NCBI GenBank assembly: GCA_964016885.1 | Contig: OZ024741.1 | Coordinates: 83,576,001 to 83,640,000, forward strand | DNA length: 64,000 nt | Direction of reading: 5' to 3' | DNA from: Eledone cirrhosa | Lineage: Eukaryota | Shown: positions 1-10,625 of the stretch, piece after piece | How positions within the stretch are numbered: position 1 is the first letter of the stretch | Layout: every line of letters begins with the position of its first letter | Made by a program: the position numbers and the translations under genes | The notes under the pieces: model-generated | What the model saw: the letters and a program-made list of their open reading frames with translations, nothing else | The model's database searches: none | Told to the model about the DNA's origin: nothing

Positions 1-649
1 CACCATGTTGACACTGTGGAGGACTTTTGTCCTAAGCCGCCTGGACTACTGCTCCCAGCTGTGGTCACCCCATAGTGTCAAACTAACCACGGAGCTTGAG
101 GCAATCCAGCGAAGCTACACCAAGAGGATTGCCAAGATGAGGGAGACAAGCTACTGGGAGAGGCTAAAGGAACTGAACCTCTACTCCTTGGAGCGAAGAC
201 GGGAGAGATACGCAGTGATCTACATGTGGAAAATCCTGGAGGGACTAGCACCAAACTTTGGCATTGGGAGCTGGACCAACCGTCGAACAGGACGTCACTG
301 TGTGGTGACAAAGGTCCCGTCTTCCACATCTAGAATAAGGAGCAGGTATTGCAATAGCCTGGGATTCAAGGGCCCTCAACTCTTCAACAGGCTGCCGAGG
401 CATCTGAGAGACTTGCATGACGTGGAGGTGGATGTCTTTAAGAAACATCTCGACACCTTGTTATCCAGGATCCCGGATGGGCCCACAGCAAGACACGAGG
501 GAAACCTAAGGGCAGCAGCAACAAACTCCCTCCTACACCAGTGGCCAACCTATACAGGCTGGAGATAAAATGTGTAGCAACAAGGGCGGTGCCCCAGCAT
601 GGCCTCAGCCGGAAGGCTGAAACAGGTAAAAGAGTAAAAGAGTAAAAGA
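1..649 (+). mobile_element. 3' end of CR1/L2-group LINE (family A), cut by the window edge
   Basis: ORF 5..568 has post-RT motifs LDYCSQLWSPH and YWERLKELNLYSLERRRER and is nearly identical to 13018-13660. The 3' UTR has hairpin TCAGCC-GGAA-GGCTGA and a (GTAAAAGA)x3 tail running into (TA)n. Confidence 0.93.
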
Positions 650-694
650 ATATATATACATATATATATATATTTATATATACATATATATATA

Positions 695-921
695 CGATAT
701 TAACAAGTGGAAACTATATTTATAAAACCATATTTATTTCATTATACATATTTCAAGGATACCAAGTTAAATTATGGTATGCCTTCATCACACAAAATAC
801 AATATATACCAGTTTTATAAATACACATTGACGTACCCTTTCAAAATGCGACCGTTACTTTTAGAAGACATCAGGAAAGGGTACGTCAATGTTTATTTAT
901 AAAACTGGTATATATTGTATT
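695..921 (-). mobile_element. Short PLE pseudo-LTR-like element with partial inverted duplication and degenerate hammerhead
   Basis: 797-842 is inverted at 875-921. The minus strand reads GTGATGA-AGGCATACC..GGTATCCTT-GAAA-TATGTA. Homologous to 28535-28682; flanked by (TA)n. Confidence 0.7.
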
Positions 922-1135
<214 letters not shown>

Positions 1136-1136
1136 T

Positions 1137-2367
<1,231 letters not shown>

Positions 2368-3656
2368 CTAGTAGAAGTACCTGGTGTTGCCCGGGTGTAA
2401 GTCAACTTTTGGTCTGTTGTTAAAACATTTGAAAGTTACTTCCCGCGCATCACAGGTGCAAAAACCTTCGAATCTCAAGGAAAAAAACAGAGGTTAGTAT
2501 ACGCAGGTGTGTAATTGAGCATAAATAATGGATCAATTGTAGGCTCACAGTGTATCATTGAAATTGGTCTTTGCAAGACTGACGGAAGTCAAATTCACTT
2601 GAAATTGAATTTTTAGTAGATTTTTAAAGCAGGGTGAAAAAGTCGATTTTTTCAAATATTTTTTTTTTTTACAATTTTGGCGCTCACATGTGCAGAAGAA
2701 GAAATAAAAGGGACTTTATCTGAATCACGGCATAATGGCGAGTCTTACGTTACAGTTTTCCAGAATATAGGACGATTGATTTTCGACAGTTTTCACGAAA
2801 ATCGGATGTTCCTGTAAAAAATTATCCCATCTACAACTTTGCCTTGTTTTTTGCGCAAAGTCGAACCCCCGCTTCAGTTTTATTGATTTTTTACATGAAC
2901 GCGTGACCTCTGAATTAGATTTGAGTAGCTAAAGACTTGTCCCGGTAAATTTGCTATATGTGAAAAAAAGTTGATCAAAATTGCGTCTAGGGTTATTGCC
3001 TTTGCAACAGCCTCAAAACATGTAATTAAAAAGATTTACCATGGATAATCGTGCACGTTGGTATTGTGTTTAGCCTGCGAAAATCGGTGATCAAATGAGG
3101 CAACAATAAGCCATACTTATGACGTTTAAGCGGGTGGCAAGGAATTGATGCGGCATAGATAGCCATGGGAGTCTTGAAGGAGCACGGCGTTGACGCAAAA
3201 GAAAGGGCCGAGGATGGGATGGTGGCTGACAGTGCATGGAGGCGGCATCCTGAGGCATGAAGATATAGTGGGGCGACGGCCAGCAGGCAAGGAAGAGGGC
3301 AGGGGTGGTCGGTGGCAAGGATGCCGCATGGTGATCCATGGCAGTCTTGAAGGAGCACTGTGGTCAGGAAAAAGAAAGGGCCAAGGAGGGGATGGCGGTT
3401 GACAGAACATTGATGCGGCATGGTGATGCATGACGATGCAGTGAGACGACGGCGTGCAGGGAAGGGAGATGGTCGGAATTGACGGTTGCAGGGATTCCGC
3501 ATGGTGAACCATGGCACTCGTGAAGGAACGGGAGGGCATGGTGGCTGACAGAGCATGGATCCGGCATGGTGAGGCATGACGATGCAGTGGGACGACATAT
3601 ATATACACACACACATATATATACATATATATATATATATACACACACACATATAT

Positions 3657-3701
<45 letters not shown>

Positions 3702-4110
3702 TACATATATACATGACTATATATGTGTGTATTTATCTATGTATATATTTTATCAGCAGGCAGGAGGTGTGGCTGCGCCAGTGAGGTGGAAGAGAGGGAA
3801 TGAGAGTAAGTTAGAGTTGTCCTGATTTTTGCGTCTGGTGATCCAATTATCGATTTTTCGAAAATTTAATGTAGCGCACGTTTATCCGCGGATCAAAATA
3901 CACACTTGCGTCAAGTTTCATCGATTTTTGAAAATATTGATTTTTTGCTTCTGGGGTCCAGATTATCGATTTTTCGAAATTTTCAGGTAGCCTATTCCAC
4001 TCTACGCGTTGAGTTTTATATATGTGTGTGGTTTCATGAAAATAGGATGAACGGTGTAGCATGCAATTTCGGTAAACCAAACGACGCCCAACTTCACTTT
4101 ATATATAAGA
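2368..4110 (-). mobile_element. Non-autonomous Helitron
   Basis: The minus strand starts A|TCTTATATATAAAG at 4110 and ends with a GC-rich hairpin-like CCCGGGCAACACCAGG followed by TACTTCTACTAG|T at 2368. This gives 5'-TC and CTAG-3' ends in an A|T target with no TSD. No RepHel ORF. Confidence 0.8.
3140..3596. repeat. GC-rich degenerate tandem repeat (~175 bp, about 3 units) inside the Helitron
   Basis: Recurring GCATGGTGA.CCATGGCA.TC.TGAAGGA and GATGG.GG.TGACAG blocks near 3150, 3325 and 3500. Confidence 0.75.
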
Positions 4111-4122
4111 TATATATATATA

Positions 4123-4250
<128 letters not shown>

Positions 4251-4308
4251 TATACATATATATATATGTATATATGTATATATATATATATATGTATATA
4301 TGTATATA

Positions 4309-4395
<87 letters not shown>

Positions 4396-4421
4396 GTATA
4401 TATATATGTATATATATATGT

Positions 4422-4485
<64 letters not shown>

Positions 4486-4488
<3 letters not shown>

Positions 4489-4871
4489 AATATAGACATA
4501 GAATATTCGAAAATATTCTGTATGTTTATAATAAACATTTTGAAGACCTAATCGCTATAGAATAGAATACGTCACGTATTACAATTAGATTCTCGATAAA
4601 AGCAAGGGAAGTAATCTACGCGTTTCATTCTCGTTAGAAATCATCAGGACTACATATCCAGTGCTTTTATCGAGAATGACACAGCTAGAGACTTATAGAA
4701 TACTTAGCTGTGTACAGGAACTGGTTTGAAAGAGCGGTTGCCGGTCCGGCAGAAATTAGAAATTGGAATAAATGCTCTGAAATAGCGATATATATGTGAA
4801 TATAGACATAGAATATTCGAAAATATTCTGTATGTTTATAATAAACATTTTGAAGACCTAATCGCTATAGA

Positions 4872-4874
<3 letters not shown>
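4486..4874 (-). mobile_element. Retrozyme-like non-coding element, 310 nt monomer with ~80 bp terminal direct repeat
   Basis: GTGAATATAGACATAG... starts at both 4486 and 4796. One HHR inside, no ORF, flanked by (TA)n. Confidence 0.78.
4611..4653 (-). ncRNA. Minimal type I hammerhead ribozyme
   Basis: GTAGTC-CTGATGA-tTTCT aacg AGAAt-GAAA-CGCG-TA-GATTAC: 6 bp stem I, palindromic stem III ACGCGT, GUA site. Confidence 0.88.
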
Positions 4875-4930
<56 letters not shown>

Positions 4931-5019
4931 TATAACTTTGAATAACTTTGAAATGTTTTGGCCAGTATTGGCCCAGGCCATGTCCAACTTAATAGCACCA
5001 CCTGGCGAAGTCTTTCAAT

Positions 5020-8000
5020 TCAGGATTTGGGCACCATGGCCCATTCGAGAAGAGAATTACTGTTTGCGGAGACATATCCGGGTGTGGGTGGTTTGTCCGG
5101 GATTACTTGGTGGAATTTGTCCAAAGACTTCTTGAATTTTGTGTGGTCAGTTTCTGTTTTGACGTGTCCTGGTGTGATGTTGAAGAGAGCAGGGCCGATT
5201 GAGGTGAAATAAGTGTGCCGTATTGTTGTTATGAGTTGCGATTTAGATTTTTGTATGGGACGGATAGCACGGGGCCCAAGCCTTGGGTGTATCTTGAAGG
5301 CGATGCCAACATCATTTTGGCAGTGATGATGGAACATTTTCCACATCATGCAGATAATATAACGCTCACGGCGACGTTGGAGTGAGTAAAGTTTCAGCTT
5401 TTCTAGTCGACCCCAGTAGTCAAGGTCTGACATGCCATCTATCTTTTTCGTGATTGCCCTTTGAGGAGCTTCAAGTTTCATGATACTTTGTTTCGTGTGG
5501 GGAGACCACAGTGGACAACAGTATTCAAGGTGTGGTCGGGCAAATGTAGAGAAGAGAAGGATAATGGTGTGGGAATCTCTCGACTGGAAGGTTCTGAGGA
5601 TCCAGGAACACATTCTGCGGGCCATGTCAACTTTGCTGCTTATATGCGTGGCCCAGCTTATGTTGCTGTCCACGGTTACTCCCAAGTCTCTGATGTTGTT
5701 AGATGCCACGAGAGTTTCCCCGGAGGGAAGGGAGTACGGGAGTTTCAGAGCATCCTCTTTTCCAAAGTGGATCAGTTCGAATTTGTCTTCGTTCAGTAAC
5801 ATGTTGTTCTTTTCCGCCCATTGGGTAACAGCCAGTAGGTCTGACTGAAGGCTTATCCGGTCATCCACGCCATTGATGACCTTTTGGAGCTTGGAATCAT
5901 CAGCGAAAATTTTAATGTTGCTGTGTTTGATGATGTCAGTGATGTCATTAATATAGATGATGAAGAGAAGTGGGCCCAACACAGTGCCTTGTGGGACCCC
6001 ACTGCTGACTTTGGCTGGGCAGGATTTGTCTCCTTCAACTACAACATGTTGGGTTCTGTTTGACAGGAAGTTCTTGATTCACTGCATCAGCTTTCCAGTG
6101 ACACCAATATTGGACAGCTTTCTCAGTAGTATGTTATGATCAACCCTGTCAAAGGCCTTGCTGAAATCAAGATAGATAACATCAGTGTTGGCACCCTCTC
6201 CCAAGGCTCTCAAAATGTCATCAAAGTGATGCAGTAGCTGCGTCAGGCAATCCCTTCCATTACGGAATCCATGCTGGTTGGAGCTCAGCATATTGTTACT
6301 CTCAAGGAAGTGGGTCATTCGCGATCTCACCACTCTCTCAAATACCTTAATGATATGAGAGGTGAGTGAGATTGGACGGTAATACACGGCAAGGGATTTG
6401 TTTCCTTTTTTGAAAACTGGGACAATAGACTGGGATAGAAGGTTTTCTGGCACATATCCAGCATCCAGTGAGTTCCGCCACAGATTGGCAAGAGGAGATG
6501 CAAGTTGGTGTTGACACGCCTTCAAGACACAATCAGGGAACCTATCGGGACCTACTGCTGAATTATGCTTGATTTCCTTTATTGCCGCTAAGACATCAGG
6601 GCGCCAAACGTTATGTCCGATAAGGTGTAATGGGGAGTAACATCGCGGATACAGCCCAGATCGGCCATATCAGGATTGCTGAAAACAGAGCAGTATTGTT
6701 TCTGCAGTATCTCACCCATGGTTTTAGCATTGTCCTGAAGAGTGCCATTTTCATCAATTAGAGGGCCAACAGTAGAGCCAGTGATTTTGTGTTTGTTTGC
6801 AAATGAAAAGAACACTTTGGGATTGAGTTTGATCTTTTCAATGGCACAGGCCTCTTCAGCTCTTCTCTGATTGTTGATGAGGGACATTATGTTGTTTTGG
6901 AGGTTATGTTTTTTAATCTCTAGTGATGAAATGGCAGTCAAGTTGATGTGTTGCTGCTGACAGTATTTCAGCTTGTTGATTTTTTTGTTTGTTCTCTTAA
7001 TTTTTCTGGTGAGCGTTTTTCTATTTCTAGGGATTCTGCTCTTAGATTTGTTTATAGTTTTTAATGGGATGTGTTTTGCACATATGTTTGTAACAGTGTC
7101 CACAAATGTCTGCCAGGACTTTTTGATGTTAGTGGGTGTATGAGTGTGCGTGAAGGACCAGTCGACATTTGCAAGATCATGACTGATCGCTTCCCAGTTT
7201 GCATGGTGGAAATCCATAGCGTCAAACGGATGGACAGGAGAGATGACATTGGGTTTGTATATTGGACGGTGGAATCTCAGATCACAGAGAACCATGTCAT
7301 GATCAGAGAGTAGAGTTGTCTCCACTGCAATATTGTGGATATTGTCAGTGTGATTGCTGAAAATTAAGTCTAGGAGGTTTTTGTGGCACCTCGTTGGTTC
7401 GAGCACCAGTTGGGATAGGAAGAAATCATCCATGAAGTCAAGAAGCGATTACACTGCTTCCCTGTCAGAGGTTGAGGCAGAAGAACCTGGTGGCAGGCTG
7501 TTTGTGGACCAGTCAACTCCGGAGAGGTCGAAGTCCCCCATCATTAAGATGTTGTCAGGGTGACACTCTTGGATGAAACACTTTATGCTGTTGAGGCATT
7601 CCTTGAAGCATGGTACAGGCGTTTGGGGTGGCCTATAGAGCCCAACTACTATTAGGTTGTTGGTTTGACTGAATACAGTGACTGCTTCGCAGTATCCATT
7701 AGTGAATATGTTCATAGCCTCTGTTGAGAAAGAATTATGGACATAAATGGCAGTCCCGCCCTTTCTTCTGCCAGCGCGATCAGCACGGATGGCTTTGAAA
7801 TTTTTCACTTTCACCTCGGCTTCCAAGTGGAGGTTACTGAGATGGGTTTCAGTGAGGACGAAGAAAGAGATGTGGTTTGGATGGACATCAATGCAGTCCT
7901 CCAGGAATTTGATCTTCCATTTTTGAGTATTGGTGGAAGGGCTGATGCCTTGGGCGTTAAGCAAAAATGTAGAGGCGAGAATGGATGGTTTTAATTGTTT

Positions 8001-8039
8001 TGGTGTGTTGTTAATTTGTTTGTTTGTTAATGGCAGCAA
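5020..8039 (-). pseudogene. LINE B ORF2: APE endonuclease + reverse transcriptase, disrupted
   Basis: APE motifs LLNAQG, LTETHL, YRPP, GDF, LDLIFSN, SDH; RT motifs YRPISLTS, YLDFSKAFD, LGPLLF, FADD. Nonsense codons at 7449-7451 and 6079-6081, and a frameshift near 6600. Confidence 0.93.
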
Positions 8040-8797
8040 TGGGAGTTTGTGCAGTGGGGTGATAGTGGAGGGTGGTGCTGGGTGATAGCTCGAATGTTTT
8101 TTTCCAGTTCTTTTGCCAGATTCATTATGGCTAAAAAAGAGGAAGAAGTATCCTGTTTAGAAGACTGTTGGTGACTGTGGTAGTGGTTATTTTTATGTAG
8201 GTTATGGTTTTTGTTTTTGCTTTTATTTTTAATTTTATTTTCATTTGTCCGACGGGTCCCCGGGAGATGGGTAAAGGGACAATCCCGGTCTAAACACAAT
8301 CTGTCTCGCAGGGAAAAGGGGCAGATTTGTGGATTCCTTGTTTGAGTTATTGGTGGTCGTGTTGGTGTTAAATTAGAGTATGTATTATGGTGGTGGCTGT
8401 TTGTGGGGATAGATCGTTTTGTCCTAGGTAAATGGGTGAATTTGCAGCCACTATCCGTACATATTCTAAAGCGTAGAGAGTAGCGGCAAATGATGGGGTT
8501 TCGAGTGGGTGGGTATGTGGGTGTGTGTGTTGTGAGAGGTGTAGATGATGGTCTGAGTAGGATTTGACGACCTTTGTGGACTGTGGGAGGGAGAGTTCTT
8601 GTACTGTTATTAGAAGGTAAATTCCTTGAGATAGCAGTAGCCAAAGATGTTGTAGTAGTAGTAGTAGTAGTAGGCAGAGAAGAAGATGCTGGCAGTGGTG
8701 ATGATTGGACTGCTGGGCCAGAGAAAGGATGTGGCGTTTCCTGCTGTGAGACAGAGGCTACTGGGAGGTCAATAGTTTCATTTAGTAGATCGGCCAT
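8027..8797 (-). CDS. LINE B ORF1 (partial), two CCCH-type zinc fingers
   Basis: CRYSLRFRICTDSGCKFTH and CPFSLRDRLCLDRDCPFTH (C-x8-C-x4-C-x3-H); lies immediately upstream of and overlaps ORF2. Confidence 0.82.
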   Translation of the reverse strand: MADLLNETIDLPVASVSQQETPHPFSGPAVQSSPLPASSSLPTTTTTTTTSLATAISRNLPSNNSTRTLPPTVHKGRQILLRPSSTPLTTHTPTYPPTRNPIICRYSLRFRICTDSGCKFTHLPRTKRSIPTNSHHHNTYSNLTPTRPPITQTRNPQICPFSLRDRLCLDRDCPFTHLPGTRRTNENKIKNKSKNKNHNLHKNNHYHSHQQSSKQDTSSSFLAIMNLAKELEKNIRAITQHHPPLSPHCTNSHCCH

Positions 8798-8863
8798 TGT
8801 TGATGAATCAAGGAGTGGTTCACACTGTTGTTGTTATTGTCGTTGTTGTTGTTGCTGTTGTTG

Positions 8864-8903
<40 letters not shown>

Positions 8904-9303
8904 GTATTTATATATATATAGGCTTGGCACTTGTTGGTATAAGACGTGAATTGTCGTCTCTCCAGATTCGAAATTTTAATATTTTAAATCGACAGTAATC
9001 GGATTTATGTATGGTTTTAATTCTTCGGAGGACAAGGAAAACATACAAAAAAGATAAGTTTTTGTGCTTTGACGCAATTATTTTGAAGTATATTTTACAT
9101 ATATTACCGTTTTGAACATGTTTATTTTCACTGTATGATTCCTTGATAGGAGACAACACACACACGTGCTTTCTATTTCTCTTGCCTACCATACAGAGCA
9201 TTTTGGTTTAACTTAAGTAGATCTTGTATTAATTTAAATTTAAAAATGTATTTTTATATTTATGAACTGCTGTTGCTCACGCTGTCTCTATCTCTCTCCT
9301 TCC

Positions 9304-9339
<36 letters not shown>

Positions 9340-9344
9340 TCTCT

Positions 9345-9421
9345 CTCTCTCGATCAACGAGCTCTCTTTCTCCCTCTCTCTCGATCAACGAGCTCTCTTT
9401 CTCCCTCTCTCTCGATCAACG

Positions 9422-9430
<9 letters not shown>
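9345..9430 (+). repeat. Three tandem ~30 bp units containing CTCGATCAACGAG hairpin inside a (CT)n tract
   Basis: CTCG-ATCAA-CGAG occurs three times, separated by CTCTCTTTCTCCCTCTCT. Confidence 0.85.
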
Positions 9431-9486
<56 letters not shown>

Positions 9487-9680
9487 TGAACTTCCCCCCC
9501 ACTCTTCCCGCTATCTCTCTCGCTCCCCTCATCTGTCTCCCCCTTTTCTTTTCTTTTCTTCTGTTTCTCTTTCTTCTTTTTCTCGCTGGAGTTATATCTC
9601 TATCTCCCTCCCTCACTCTGTCCCTCTCTAACCTCTACCCTACACTTCCCACTGTCTTTCTTTCTCCCCTCCACAGCGAA

Positions 9681-10625
9681 ATGGACTGCATGCAGGAAAA
9701 ATGTGAAATCAGGAGTCAACGAAACTGGTCTAAGATGGAACTAGCGGTTTTGATCAAGGGGTGGACCATGGCTGATGGGTCTCCACCAAGCAAAAAGATG
9801 GCGGAGAACCTGAAGAGCCATGGGTTTCTGAGGACCCTGGCACAGATAGAGAGAAAGAGAAAAGAAATTGAGAAGGCGTATGTCCTCATAGCGCCTCATA
9901 TGGCGATGCTAAGCCGTGTCCTCAGGGAGGAGAAAACCGAAGGGAGGGATGAGAAGGAGAGGGAAAAGGAAGAGGAAAAAGAAAAAGAAAAGGAGGAGAG
10001 CACAAGCACGGACCTGAAAGAAAATGATATACCCTCCGTCACAGGCAGGGAGGGCAGGCCGGGCAACCAACAAGCTAAGGGCAAAGGTGAAAAGCGAAAT
10101 CACCTTCCGAAGGAGAACCAAGCGCAGAGGGACCAGTGGACAACTGTTCAAAGAAAGAACAGAAAGCACCGAGACACTGGGAGCAATAAACCCCAAGTAA
10201 TGTGCAAGTTTTTCAAGAACGGGACATGCTGGCATGGAGAGACAGCGATGGGATGCAGATTCGCCCACCCTAGGTCTCAAACGAACTATGCCCATCATAC
10301 TCGCACAACATGCCCCAGCCAAAGCCGAAATAAGCCGCTCCAGAAGTATGCTGATGTCGCGCGTGCTGCACCAAGAAGGAGAAGGCACGCACATGCCGAC
10401 GAGATACAGATGGCAGCAGCAGATCAGAAAAATTTTTTAGTGATGGCAGAGAAGATTGTGGGACAGCTGACCTCGCTGCATCGTCTCCAGAACCAGGGTC
10501 ATCCACACGAGCACTCGAGACCACCGCAGTTAAGGGACCCAGAGTGGCCGCCGCTGACACCAGACCAGGTGTCATACCGACAGCCATTACTGGCACCCCA
10601 AAAGTCACACCAGTGCTGCTGCTGA
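9681..10625 (+). CDS. LINE A ORF1: Myb/SANT-like (trihelix) domain, charged linker, CCCH finger
   Basis: RNWSKMELAVLIKGW...KMAENLKSHGFLRTLAQIERKRKEIEKAY resembles the trihelix Myb/SANT pattern; CKFFKNGTCWHGETAMGCRFAH is CCCH-like. The ATG at 9681 is preferred over 9246 because the upstream part is translated (CT)n. Confidence 0.8.
   Translation: MDCMQEKCEIRSQRNWSKMELAVLIKGWTMADGSPPSKKMAENLKSHGFLRTLAQIERKRKEIEKAYVLIAPHMAMLSRVLREEKTEGRDEKEREKEEEKEKEKEESTSTDLKENDIPSVTGREGRPGNQQAKGKGEKRNHLPKENQAQRDQWTTVQRKNRKHRDTGSNKPQVMCKFFKNGTCWHGETAMGCRFAHPRSQTNYAHHTRTTCPSQSRNKPLQKYADVARAAPRRRRHAHADEIQMAAADQKNFLVMAEKIVGQLTSLHRLQNQGHPHEHSRPPQLRDPEWPPLTPDQVSYRQPLLAPQKSHQCCC

Larger units (their letters stand above)
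4933..8864 (-). mobile_element. CR1/L2-group LINE (family B), 5'-truncated within ORF1
   Basis: CCCH-finger ORF1 and APE-RT ORF2. The 3' UTR has hairpin GGCCA-ATAC-TGGCC and a (TTCAAAGTTA)x2 tail into (TA)n. The 5' end lies in an in-frame (CAA)n tract abutting (TA)n. Confidence 0.93.

Noticed and set aside
843-876. Possible second hammerhead on the minus strand (CTGATGT..GTAAC.GTC)
   Set aside because: Two core mismatches and no convincing stem I.
3026-3714. Overlapping Pro/His/Cys-rich ORFs
   Set aside because: Translations of the Helitron-internal GC-rich repeat and adjacent microsatellite; no recognisable domain.
6079-6081. In-frame TGA in LINE B (and at 43257 and 47210 in RTE) as selenocysteine or readthrough
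   Set aside because: They fall at expected Trp or Arg positions in elements that are otherwise broken or truncated; ordinary nonsense mutations.
8908-9201. 97 aa ORF between the two LINEs
   Set aside because: No recognisable motif and no HHR found; origin of 8920-9260 left unassigned.
9246-9680. N-terminal extension of LINE A ORF1 (LSLSLS..., looks hydrophobic)
   Set aside because: Translated (CT)n tract; the real start is more likely 9681.
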